A stretch of DNA of 64,000 bases, from positions 1,058,170-1,122,169 of the forward strand of contig CAWGVW010000002.1 in assembly GCA_963826145.1 (NCBI GenBank). The letters are read 5' to 3'. The position numbers and the translations under genes are program-made. The notes below the pieces were generated by a model. That model worked only from the letters and a program-made list of their open reading frames with translations. It was not told where the DNA came from and ran no database searches. The stretch's first letter is position 1; each line of letters begins with the position of its first letter. Below are positions 9,933 to 18,659 of the stretch, piece after piece. This DNA is from an uncultured Gammaproteobacteria bacterium. GTDB lineage: Bacteria > Pseudomonadota > Gammaproteobacteria > Steroidobacterales > Steroidobacteraceae.

Positions 9933-10029
9933 GGAAGAGGGGTCAGAGCCAATTTAGTTTTCGTGCCACCCGCCAGCGCGCAGCGCCGGCTGGCTGCGCG
10001 AAAACTAAATTGGCTCTGACCCCTCTTCC
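9933..10029. repeat. Perfect 31-bp inverted repeat with a 35-nt spacer (REP-like palindromic element)
   Basis: GGAAGAGGGGTCAGAGCCAATTTAGTTTTCG (9933-9963) is the exact reverse complement of 9999-10029. The spacer contains its own GCCAGC/GCTGGC sub-hairpin. Confidence 0.85.
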
Positions 10030-10056
10030 AAAAAAAAGCCCCGCCGAAGCGGGGCT
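10030..10056 (-). terminator. Rho-independent terminator oriented for the minus strand
   Basis: The minus strand reads GCCCCGC-TTCG-GCGGGGC followed by TTTTTTTT. The plus-strand side has only a C/T-rich tail. Confidence 0.75.
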
Positions 10057-10523
10057 CTGCCTTCTCTCTTAGTTCTTCTGGTACTTCTTCTGATTCTTCT
10101 ACTGGTGCGATCCCTGAGTCCGTCCGAGTCTTGTCGTTCCCCTAGCGCTGCCCTGGTGGAAGAGGTGCAAGGCATGTGCCATCGAGTCCGTGCGGGCGGC
10201 GCCAACGCGAAAACGGAGTCAGGGCGCGCCGGTACTGTGAAGTACGCCTCGAAAATTCGCGTTCCGGCATCTCGCCCGCAGCCCCGACTCACGCGATGCG
10301 GCGGCCGAGAAACCCGCAGCTGTAAAGAATGACGACGTTTTGCCCGCGCAGAAAATGTGGAGTGCGTTCGCGCACGTCCGCGCGACAGGCGAATTGCAGC
10401 GCTTTTGGCCTGTACGGTCCCGGACGGCGTTTCCGACACCTGACCGGCGGGCGCAAAGGGCTTGCAAAGCCGGGACTCCGGTCGGTATACAGGAGCCCCC
10501 GCATCGCGCCAGCTGTGTCAAAC

Positions 10524-12707
10524 ATGTTCGAAACTGGACCCGGACGCCCGGTTCTTCGACCTTGGCTTTTCCTTTTGTGCGTTCTCGCGCTGCCGCTGCT
10601 GCCGCAGTGGGTGCATGCGGACAGCCCGTTTGTCCGGCCGCCGGAGCTTGAGCCCGACATCCAGTTCTGGACTCGCATCTACACTAAGGTCACGACCAAC
10701 GGCGGACTCATTCACGACGACCGCTACCTGGGTGTCGTGTACGAGGAAATCAATTTTGACGCGAAGGACAGCCCGCGCCAGCGACAACACGTGGTCGAGG
10801 ATGCCCGGGATCGCTACGCGGCGGTGCTGCGGCGCCTGGTCAGCGTCGCCGAAGGCAACTGGACGACGGAGGACAAGCGCGTTCGGGCGTTGTGGCCGGC
10901 GCAGGCAGGCGCGCGCGATTTCTCCGCCGCCGCCGATCACGTTCGGTTCCAGCTTGGGCAGGCGGACCGCTTCCGCGAGGGCCTGGTGCGCTCCGGTGAA
11001 TGGGAAACGCACATCGTGGACACGCTCGCGACGCTCGGACTGCCGAAGGAAATCGCGGCGCTCCCGCACGTCGAGTCCTCGTTCAATACCGCGGCCTATT
11101 CCAAGGTGGGTGCCGCGGGCATGTGGCAATTCATGCGCTCGACCGGCCGCCGCTTCATGCGTATCGATGGCGTCGTCGACGAACGCATGGACCCCTTCAA
11201 GTCGACGGTTGGTGCGGCCCAGCTCCTGCAATACAACTACCAGCTTCTCGGCAGCTGGCCGCTCGCAATCACCGCCTACAACCACGGCGCTGAAGGCATG
11301 CGCCGCGCGAAGGCGCAGACGGGCACCGACGACATCGTGACCATCGTTCGCAAGTACCAGAGCCGCACCTTCGGTTTCGCTTCCCGCAACTTCTACGTGT
11401 GCTTCCTCGCCGCGCTCGAGGTCGACCGCAATGCCGAGACCTACTTCGGCGGCATCGCGCGCAAGCCGACGATCCGCAGCCACACAGTCGTCCTCGATCA
11501 CTACATGCCGCTGAGTGCGATCGAAGCCGTATCCGGCGTCGATCGCGGCACGCTGCGAACACTCAATCCATCGCTCCTCGGTTCCGTGTGGAATGGAAGC
11601 AGGTTCGTGCCGCGCGGATTCGAACTGCGACTGCCGGACAATGGCCAGCCGTTCGACGCCTCGACGATGCTCGCAAGGGTGCCGGCCGACCAGCGCTATA
11701 CGGTGCAGCGATCGGATCCCACGTATCGTGTGCGCAAGGGCGAAACACTTGACGCGATCGCGCGGGCGCGGGGCACCACTCCCGAGGCGCTCGCGAGCCT
11801 GAACCGCCTGCAACCGAACCAGGCATTGTCCCGCGGACAAGTACTGCGCCTGCCGGAGCCGAGGCCGCTCGCCGTGGCCGTGGCGACGTCGCCTCCGGCG
11901 AAACCGGAGCTCATGGAGGTTTACGTCGTGCGCCGCGGTGATGCGCTGTCAGAGATCGCGAAGCGCGTCGGGATTTCCGAGTCCGAACTGATGCGCATGA
12001 ACGGACTTCGCGATCGCGACTATCTCTACGAAGGCCAGCAGCTGCGCGTAGCCGCCGGCGCCGCCAAGCCGTCGGAGCCGACTGGTGTCATCACGATCGC
12101 GCAATTGCCCTCGCCGCCGGTCGAGCAGGATGTCGTCCCGGCCGAAACGGTGAGCGATGCCGAGCTCGCACGCCAGCAAGCTGCGCAGCCGGTCTCCGCC
12201 GCGCAGGCCGCAGAATTCGGCCCGTCGCTCATGCCGGGGTCGGAATCGACCGCGACCGCCGATCCGAGCGACTACTCGGTTGCGTCGGACGGCACTATCG
12301 TCGTCCAGGGAGCCGAAACGCTCGGCCACTACGCCGACTGGCTCGGCATCCGGGCCCAGCGGCTGCGAGAGCTCAATCACATGGTTTACCGCAAGCCGGT
12401 GGTCATCGGCCGGCGGCTGAAGCTCGATTTCAGCGCGGTTGACGCCGCGACCTTCGAGCAGCGCCGGCGCGGCTACCAGCAAGCACTGCAGGAAGCGTTC
12501 TTCGAGCAGTACCGCATCAGCGGCACCGAGACGCATGTGGTGAAGTCCGGCGAATCGCTGTGGACCATCACGCACCAGCGCTCGAATCTGCCGATCTGGC
12601 TGGTGCGCCAGTACAACCCGGACGTCGATTTCGGCGACGTCCGGCCGGGCACGCGCATCAGCGTGCCGTTGATTACGCCGAGCGGCAGCGCGGGTGGCGC
12701 GCCGTGA
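10524..12707 (+). CDS. Membrane-bound lytic murein transglycosylase (MltD-like): SLT domain plus about four LysM repeats
   Basis: Start ATG 10524 gives a signal peptide (LFLLCVLALPLLPQWVHA). SLT catalytic region ESSFNTAAYSKVGAAGMWQFM. LysM-like segments include YRVRKGETLDAIA and YVVRRGDALSEIA. Confidence 0.85.
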   Translation: MFETGPGRPVLRPWLFLLCVLALPLLPQWVHADSPFVRPPELEPDIQFWTRIYTKVTTNGGLIHDDRYLGVVYEEINFDAKDSPRQRQHVVEDARDRYAAVLRRLVSVAEGNWTTEDKRVRALWPAQAGARDFSAAADHVRFQLGQADRFREGLVRSGEWETHIVDTLATLGLPKEIAALPHVESSFNTAAYSKVGAAGMWQFMRSTGRRFMRIDGVVDERMDPFKSTVGAAQLLQYNYQLLGSWPLAITAYNHGAEGMRRAKAQTGTDDIVTIVRKYQSRTFGFASRNFYVCFLAALEVDRNAETYFGGIARKPTIRSHTVVLDHYMPLSAIEAVSGVDRGTLRTLNPSLLGSVWNGSRFVPRGFELRLPDNGQPFDASTMLARVPADQRYTVQRSDPTYRVRKGETLDAIARARGTTPEALASLNRLQPNQALSRGQVLRLPEPRPLAVAVATSPPAKPELMEVYVVRRGDALSEIAKRVGISESELMRMNGLRDRDYLYEGQQLRVAAGAAKPSEPTGVITIAQLPSPPVEQDVVPAETVSDAELARQQAAQPVSAAQAAEFGPSLMPGSESTATADPSDYSVASDGTIVVQGAETLGHYADWLGIRAQRLRELNHMVYRKPVVIGRRLKLDFSAVDAATFEQRRRGYQQALQEAFFEQYRISGTETHVVKSGESLWTITHQRSNLPIWLVRQYNPDVDFGDVRPGTRISVPLITPSGSAGGAP

Positions 12708-13081
12708 TGCGTGCGATCCGGTTGCTTGTCGTCTCGGTGCCGCTCGCGTCCTGCGCCACCTACCAGGCTTACGACGGCCCGGGCCAGCCCAGGTCCGCAA
12801 CGGCTGTGATCAACGGCGACGCGAAGCTGCGGGCGGAGCTCCCGCTCGCGCTCGTCATCCGGTCCGTCGACGGGCGCACCGTCGACCTGCGTTATGCGAG
12901 CGTCGCGGTGACGGCGGGCCATCATCTCCTAATCGTGGACTGCCAGGTGGGCGGCGCCACCGGTTCGACGAGCCGCCATCATGTGGAAGTGGACGCCGAG
13001 GGCGGTGAGCAATATCGCCTGCAGGCCGAGATGCGGCCAGGCAACGAGAGCTGCGAACGCGTGTTTCTGGAACGCTATTGA
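12707..13081 (+). CDS. Small lipoprotein of unknown function
   Basis: The ATG overlaps the MltD-like stop (TGATG). Lipobox VPLASC. 124 aa. Confidence 0.6.
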   Translation: MRAIRLLVVSVPLASCATYQAYDGPGQPRSATAVINGDAKLRAELPLALVIRSVDGRTVDLRYASVAVTAGHHLLIVDCQVGGATGSTSRHHVEVDAEGGEQYRLQAEMRPGNESCERVFLERY

Positions 13082-13088
13082 AGCGGGA

Positions 13089-13685
13089 TCAGTGCGGCGC
13101 GCCAGCGCCGTCAAGCAGTTCATCCGCGAAGGCCGGCAGTGTCGCGGTGGGCGGCTTCCACAAGCTGAAGACAAAAGACTCCCCAGCCTGCGTTTCGACC
13201 CTGAGCGAAGGGGCCGATGCGTGAGAAAGCGTGCGTACCTGCGCCGTCGTCAGCGGAAATACCAGCTCGGTGCTCCAGTCGGCGGGGGGCTTGTAGAACC
13301 GCACATGGCCCGGAGCATTCGTCTGGTCGGCGAGCTTGAAGAAAAGTGTCTCACCGCCGGCGTCGATGTCGATCGACGCAAACTCTGGTGGTTCCAGGTG
13401 ATGAGGACCGACCCGTCCCCAGAGGACGGATACCCAGAGATAGTACGAGCGCGTACCCATGCGGTTCGTCTCCGCCAGGCCGACGTCGGCGAAGCTTGCG
13501 GCCTCGAGGCCCTGCTCGGGGAGCGGGGAGAAGAATTCCAGCGGGTGATCGAGCGTCGTGACCGTGAGCCCCGAGCGTTCATCGAGCCGTTCGACAAGCA
13601 GCGCATCGCCGTGCGTGGTCGCACAGGCTGCGAGCGCGGCGAGCGCGCTCGTGAGGAGCAAGGGTCGAATGACTCCCGTTTTCAT
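13089..13685 (-). CDS. Lipoprotein of unknown function
   Basis: Signal peptide and lipobox (LLLTSALAALAAC). 198 aa with good coding bias. No family recognised. Confidence 0.6.
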   Translation of the reverse strand: MKTGVIRPLLLTSALAALAACATTHGDALLVERLDERSGLTVTTLDHPLEFFSPLPEQGLEAASFADVGLAETNRMGTRSYYLWVSVLWGRVGPHHLEPPEFASIDIDAGGETLFFKLADQTNAPGHVRFYKPPADWSTELVFPLTTAQVRTLSHASAPSLRVETQAGESFVFSLWKPPTATLPAFADELLDGAGAPH

Positions 13686-13750
13686 GCGGTTCTAAGCCAT
13701 TATAGCGACCCTTCACCGCGGCGCCGCTCGCGTTCATGCCAGGAGCCGAA

Positions 13751-14206
13751 ATGGGTCGAAGCCGTCGCATCGTTTTTCTTGCCTGCCTGCTGGCGCTTGG
13801 CGCCTGCGAGACGGGCTCGAGCCGCAAGGAGGTCGTGCGGTCTTACATTGGCGAGCTCCTCCTGGGCGAACACTGGGAGCGCTGGGACGAGTACATGGCC
13901 AAGGAGCCGAGTTACAACGGCAGCGAGCTCGGCCGGGCAACTTTCCAGGCGGTCTCCAAGTTTCTGCACACGACTTTCACCGACGTTCATGTGAGCGTTG
14001 AGGATCAGCGCGTGGACGGCCAGTGGGTCACGACCCGCGTCACGCTGACGGGAGTGCACACGGGCCGTTTCCTCAATGTGATGCCCAGCAATCGCCCCGT
14101 GAAGTTTCGCGCCATTCTCCTGGACCGGGTCGAGGGCGGCCACGTCGTCGAGATGTGGCACCAGCTCGACTACTGGGATGCGCTCCTGCAGGTCGCCCGG
14201 CCGTGA
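13751..14206 (+). CDS. SnoaL-like/ester-cyclase-fold lipoprotein
   Basis: AGGAG lies 5 nt before ATG 13751. Lipobox LALGAC. The layout (EVVRSYIGELL...FHTTFTDVHVSVEDQ...GTHTG.F...P.N) is typical of SnoaL-like polyketide-cyclase-fold proteins. Confidence 0.65.
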   Translation: MGRSRRIVFLACLLALGACETGSSRKEVVRSYIGELLLGEHWERWDEYMAKEPSYNGSELGRATFQAVSKFLHTTFTDVHVSVEDQRVDGQWVTTRVTLTGVHTGRFLNVMPSNRPVKFRAILLDRVEGGHVVEMWHQLDYWDALLQVARP

Positions 14207-15420
14207 ACGTCTATTTCGTCGTGCCGTTCTTCATGGACGCGACGCTCAGGTTCGTCGAGGGTGCGGCCAACTTGCCGGGCGTGAAGCTCGCGATCATCAG
14301 CCAGGATCCGATCGAGCGGCTGCCCGCGGCGCTGCGCGCGAAGGTCGCCGGTCATTGGCGCGTCGAGGACGGTCTCGACCCGGTGCGGATTGCGGATGCC
14401 GCCCGCCAGCTCGCCCGTCACGTCGGTGCGCCGGATCGCATCATCGGGTCGCTCGAACAGCTGCAGGTGCCGCTCGCGGAAGTGCGCGGGTACTTCGGGC
14501 TCCCTGGCCTCAGCGTCGAGGCCGCGCATAACTTTCGCGACAAGGCGACGATGAAGACTGTGCTCGAACGCAGCGGGCTGCCGTGCGCGCGTCATCGGCT
14601 CGCGGCGTCGGGTGAGGAGGCGGTGACCTTCGTCGGGGAGGTTGGTCTTCCGGTCGTGGTGAAGCCGCCCGCCGGCGCCGGGGCGGTCAATACTTTCCGG
14701 CTCGACGATCCGGCGGACGTCGCACGCTATCTCGAGCGGCACCCACCGAGCGCACAGCGACCCGTGCTCTTCGAAGAATTCCTGCGCGGCGAGGAATTCT
14801 CGTTCGACGCGGTGCTCATCGAGGGCCGGATGGTGTGGCATTCCATCTCAAGTTACCGGCCGGCGCCGCTCACGGTCCTCGAGAATCCGTGGATTCAGTG
14901 GTGTGTGCTGCTGCCCCGTGAAATCGACCAGCCCGAATTCGCGGACATCCGCCGCAGCGGCTTCAAGGCGCTGCGGGCGCTCGGGCTCGAGACCGGCATG
15001 AGCCACATGGAATGGTTTCGACGGACGGACGGCGGTATCGCGATTTCCGAGGCGGGCGCCCGCCCGCCCGGCGCGCAGTTCACTACGCTCATTTCCTACG
15101 CGCACGACTGCGATTTCTACACGGCCTGGCCGCGCCTCGTGATCTTCGGCGCCTTCGACGTGCCGGAGCGCCGCTACGCGACAGGAGCCGCCTACGTGCG
15201 CGGGCTTGGATCGGGGCGAGTGAAGGCGATCCATGGCCTCGAACAGGCGCAGCGCGAAGTGGGCGCCCTCGTGGTCGCGAGCCAGCTGCCGAAGCCCGGC
15301 CAGGCGCAGCCCTCCGGCTATGAAGGGGCGGGCTTCGTGATTCTGCGACACCCGGAAACTTCCGTCGTCGAGCAGGGACTGAAGAGGATCATCGAGATCC
15401 TGCGCATCGAATTGGCATGA
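14203..15420 (+). CDS. ATP-grasp domain protein (carboxylate-amine ligase-like), substrate unknown
   Basis: GTG at 14203 overlaps the upstream stop (GTGA). ATP-grasp features seen: DKATMKTVLERSGLP, LPVVVKPPAGAGA, EEFLRGEEFSFD. An alternative start is possible at Met 14233. Confidence 0.7.
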   Translation: MNVYFVVPFFMDATLRFVEGAANLPGVKLAIISQDPIERLPAALRAKVAGHWRVEDGLDPVRIADAARQLARHVGAPDRIIGSLEQLQVPLAEVRGYFGLPGLSVEAAHNFRDKATMKTVLERSGLPCARHRLAASGEEAVTFVGEVGLPVVVKPPAGAGAVNTFRLDDPADVARYLERHPPSAQRPVLFEEFLRGEEFSFDAVLIEGRMVWHSISSYRPAPLTVLENPWIQWCVLLPREIDQPEFADIRRSGFKALRALGLETGMSHMEWFRRTDGGIAISEAGARPPGAQFTTLISYAHDCDFYTAWPRLVIFGAFDVPERRYATGAAYVRGLGSGRVKAIHGLEQAQREVGALVVASQLPKPGQAQPSGYEGAGFVILRHPETSVVEQGLKRIIEILRIELA

Positions 15421-15495
15421 GTCACGCGAACGAAGCGCACAACTGTGAACGAGGTACGGTCGTTCCGCGGTGGCGCCGCCTTTATAATTGCCGCC

Positions 15496-16011
15496 ATGCG
15501 ACTTAAGGCGGTCCGGATTCAACTTTGTGCGCTTGCGCTGTGCTTCGCGATGCCGGCGTTCGGCCCTGCGACGGGCGATAGCCTCGCGACCGCCGACCGG
15601 GTGATCGTGAAGAAGTCCGAGCGGCGCATGTACCTGTATCGCGGCGAGCAGGTCATCGCGAGCTACAAGGTCTCGCTGGGCTTGAATCCCGCCGGTCCGA
15701 AGCAGCGCGAAGGGGACTTTCGCACGCCCGAGGGCGACTATCGGTTGGGCCGGCGGAACTCCCGCAGCGAATACTTCCTTTCCATCCAGGTCACCTACCC
15801 GAACGATCGCGATTTGCAGCGTGCCCACGACAACGGCTGGAGCCCGGGCGGTTCGATCATGGTCCACGGCATACCGAACGCTCCTCGCCATCCCGAAAGC
15901 TACTACGAGAGCTTCGACTGGACCGACGGCTGCATCGCGCTCTCGAATGTCGACATGGTCGACATGTGGCTGCTCACGACGGACGACACGCCGATCGCTA
16001 TCGAGCCCTGA
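15496..16011 (+). CDS. L,D-transpeptidase (YkuD-fold) family protein
   Basis: Signal peptide from ATG 15496. Catalytic region MVHG...TDGCIALSN. Confidence 0.8.
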   Translation: MRLKAVRIQLCALALCFAMPAFGPATGDSLATADRVIVKKSERRMYLYRGEQVIASYKVSLGLNPAGPKQREGDFRTPEGDYRLGRRNSRSEYFLSIQVTYPNDRDLQRAHDNGWSPGGSIMVHGIPNAPRHPESYYESFDWTDGCIALSNVDMVDMWLLTTDDTPIAIEP

Positions 16012-16097
16012 CCATCGCATCCTGAAGCCCTTGGTTTTGTCCGGCCGAGCCGGGACAATGTCGCTGCCCCAAGGGTCCCGCATCGCCTCCCCCTGCA

Positions 16098-17525
16098 ATG
16101 AAAACACGCTTAGAAACCAGCGTCGTCCTGCCGAATCACCTCGATGCGGATCCCGGTGCGCCAGACCTCGTCGATGCGCGCGTTACGCCGAAGGGGAGCC
16201 TCGAGATGCTCTCGCAGCAGGAAGTCGACCGCCTGCTCGACTCGGGGCAGGGCGGCCTCTACCCGCTCTTTCGGCGCTGCGCGCTCGCTGTCCTCAATTC
16301 CGGCAGCGAGATCGATGACGCGAAACAGATCTTCGAGGCCTACAGGGATTTCGACATCCGCATCGTGCGCCAGGCCTGGGGCATCAAGCTCGAGATCAAG
16401 AACGCTCCCGCGACCGCCTTCGTCGACGGCGAGATGATCAAGGGGATCAAGGAGCACCTGTTCGCGGTGCTGCGCGACATCGTCTACACCTCGAACGAAG
16501 TCATCGACTCGAAGCGCTTCGACCTTGAGGACCCGACCCACATCACGAACGCGGTCTTCCACATCCTGCGCAACGCCCGCGTGCTCGAAACGAAGGGCCG
16601 GCCGAATCTCATCGTCTGCTGGGGTGGCCATTCGATCGGCCGCGACGAGTACAACTACACGAAGAAGGTCGGTTACGAACTCGGTCTGCGCGGCCTCGAT
16701 GTCTGCACCGGCTGCGGCCCAGGCGCCATGAAGGGACCGATGAAGGGCGCGACGATCGGCCATTCCAAGCAACGCATCATGCTCGGCCGCTACATCGGCA
16801 TCACCGAGCCCGGGATCATTGCCGCCGAGCCGCCGAATCCGATCGTCAATAACCTCGTGATCATGCCGGACATCGAAAAGCGCCTGGAAGCGTTCGTCCG
16901 CATGGGGCACGGCATCGTCGTGTTTCCGGGCGGCGCCGGCACCGCGGAAGAAATCCTCTATCTGCTCGGAATCCTCCTCGATCCCGCCAACGCGCGCCAG
17001 CCGATGCCGGTGATTTTCACGGGGCCGGCCGAGAGCGCGGCGTATTTCGAGCAGATCCAGGCCTTCATCGCGACAACGCTTGGCGCAACGGCAGCGCGCC
17101 GCGTCGAAGTCGTCATCGACGATCCGGCGCGGGCAGCACGGGCGGCGGTGAAGGGACTCGAGGAAGTGCGCGACTGGCGCAAGCGCTCGAGCGATTCGTA
17201 CAACTACAACTGGCTCCTCAGGATTCCGCCCGATTTGCAGGTGCCCTTCAACGTAACGCACGAGAACATGCGCCGGCTCGAATTGACGCGACGCCAGCCG
17301 GTGCACGACCTTGCCGCAAACCTGCGCCGCGCGTTCTCCGGAATCGTGGCCGGCAACGTCAAGGACTACGGCATACGGGCGATCGAACAGCATGGACTGT
17401 TTGAACTGCGCGGTGACCCCGAAGTGCTCCGCCCCCTCGATGAGCTGCTGGCGTCGTTCGTTCGCCAGAAGCGCATGAAGCTCGCGGGCCGCGAGTACCA
17501 GCCCTGCTATCGGCTGATCGCGTGA
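16098..17525 (+). CDS. ppnN: Pyrimidine/purine nucleotide 5'-monophosphate nucleosidase PpnN (LOG family)
   Basis: Collinear with E. coli PpnN/YgdH as I remember it: CWGGHSI, CTGCGPGAMKGPMKGA, PGGAGTAEE, LRRAFSGIVAGNVK. The exact start is uncertain. Confidence 0.85.
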   Translation: MKTRLETSVVLPNHLDADPGAPDLVDARVTPKGSLEMLSQQEVDRLLDSGQGGLYPLFRRCALAVLNSGSEIDDAKQIFEAYRDFDIRIVRQAWGIKLEIKNAPATAFVDGEMIKGIKEHLFAVLRDIVYTSNEVIDSKRFDLEDPTHITNAVFHILRNARVLETKGRPNLIVCWGGHSIGRDEYNYTKKVGYELGLRGLDVCTGCGPGAMKGPMKGATIGHSKQRIMLGRYIGITEPGIIAAEPPNPIVNNLVIMPDIEKRLEAFVRMGHGIVVFPGGAGTAEEILYLLGILLDPANARQPMPVIFTGPAESAAYFEQIQAFIATTLGATAARRVEVVIDDPARAARAAVKGLEEVRDWRKRSSDSYNYNWLLRIPPDLQVPFNVTHENMRRLELTRRQPVHDLAANLRRAFSGIVAGNVKDYGIRAIEQHGLFELRGDPEVLRPLDELLASFVRQKRMKLAGREYQPCYRLIA

Positions 17526-18250
17526 GCACGACCCGCGTCCGCTACCGCTTCAACCTGCCGAACGGCGAGCGCGAGACATTCGATCTTTTCTTCGAGGGAG
17601 CGGACTTTCGCCTGTTGAATCCGGTGCCGAAGCCGCTGCCGTTCTGGGCGGAACTCAGCTTCAATCGCTGCGAGAACTGCCCGCTCTCGGCCGCCGAGCA
17701 TCCCGCATGCCCCGCAGCCGCCCAGCTCGTTTCCGTCGTCGAAAGGATCGAAACGCTGGTGTCCTACGACGAATTGCGCATCGACGTACTCACGGCGGAG
17801 CGCTCGATCACTCAGACCACGACGGCCCAGCAGGCGCTCGCCTCGCTCTTCGGCCTCATCCTCTCGACGAGCGGCTGCCCGCGAACGGCGTTTCTGAGGC
17901 CCATGGCGCGCTTTCACCTGCCGCTCGCGAACGAGCTGGAAACGCTCTACCGCTCGGTCACGATGCACCTCCTCGATCAGCATTTCCGCCGCAGCCGCGG
18001 CGAGAGCGTCGATGACAATTTCTCGGAACTGAAGGCCGCATACCGCGAATTGCATCCGGTGAACCGCGGCATCGCGAAGCGGCTGCGTGCCGCGAGCCGC
18101 AGCGATCCGGCACTGAACGCGGTGACGCTGCTCGACACCTACGCGAGCCTCCTGCCGAATACTCTCGAGCAATCGCTCGAGGAACTCGACGCATTGTTCG
18201 CGGCTGGACGCGCGACGGCAGCGGGTGGAAATTCCGGCGCAGGGAATTGA
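17522..18250 (+). CDS. Conserved-looking hypothetical protein with a Cys cluster
   Basis: GTG start overlaps the ppnN stop (GTGA). 242 aa with CENCPLSAAEHPAC. Good coding bias. No family recognised. Confidence 0.6.
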   Translation: MSTTRVRYRFNLPNGERETFDLFFEGADFRLLNPVPKPLPFWAELSFNRCENCPLSAAEHPACPAAAQLVSVVERIETLVSYDELRIDVLTAERSITQTTTAQQALASLFGLILSTSGCPRTAFLRPMARFHLPLANELETLYRSVTMHLLDQHFRRSRGESVDDNFSELKAAYRELHPVNRGIAKRLRAASRSDPALNAVTLLDTYASLLPNTLEQSLEELDALFAAGRATAAGGNSGAGN

Positions 18251-18397
18251 GTGCCGTCGTTATTGCGAGAGCCAGCCCACAACACTTGCGTTGCTTTTCC
18301 CACATTTAACAGTGCCGGCCCGGGCTCTGTGATCCAGTTCCTGACCGTTCCGCGCACGCCGATTAGTGTGGTGCAGAACTCGCAAGGAACACGCGCC

Positions 18398-18649
18398 ATG
18401 AGTGAATCAAAAACCTACAAAGCCGACACGACCGCCGCACGGGATGGCGGATCGCAGTCACCCGGGACGGGCAGTCCAGCGGCCGGCAAACCGGCCCGCG
18501 CGGGCAACGGCTGGGACTACGCCAGCTGGTTGAACCGCGGCCAGAAGCCGAACGGCAGGCACGCTGCGATCACGAAGAGCCTGTACACCTGGTCGAACTA
18601 CAAGAGCTGGGCCGACAAGGTCCGCTCGAGCTGGGACGACGACAAGTAG
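18398..18649 (+). CDS. Small hypothetical protein (83 aa), Trp- and Lys-rich C-terminal half
   Basis: AAGGA Shine-Dalgarno before ATG 18398 (MSESKTYKAD...WDYASWLNRGQKPNG...YTWSNYKSWADKVRSSWDDDK). The upstream part of the 132-aa ORF looks non-coding. Confidence 0.45.
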   Translation: MSESKTYKADTTAARDGGSQSPGTGSPAAGKPARAGNGWDYASWLNRGQKPNGRHAAITKSLYTWSNYKSWADKVRSSWDDDK

Positions 18650-18659
18650 TTCGGATCCT

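Noticed and set aside
10057-10340. Possibility that this spacer encodes a tmRNA, 6S RNA, RNase P RNA or SRP RNA
   Set aside because: I compared it by eye with remembered E. coli sequences. It has a GGGGCUG start and a CCCUGAG..CGUCCGAG stretch. It lacks a tRNA-like 3' end or tag ORF (tmRNA), the GAGGAAAGUCCGGGC core (RNase P) and the GGAAGCAGCC motif (SRP). The 6S-like similarity is too short to count.
10005-10678. Minus-strand ORFs of 144, 100 and 129 aa in the nrdJ-mltD spacer
   Set aside because: They are Arg/Ser/Pro-rich. They run through the terminator hairpin and the inverted repeat, and have no Shine-Dalgarno. The region is better explained as non-coding.
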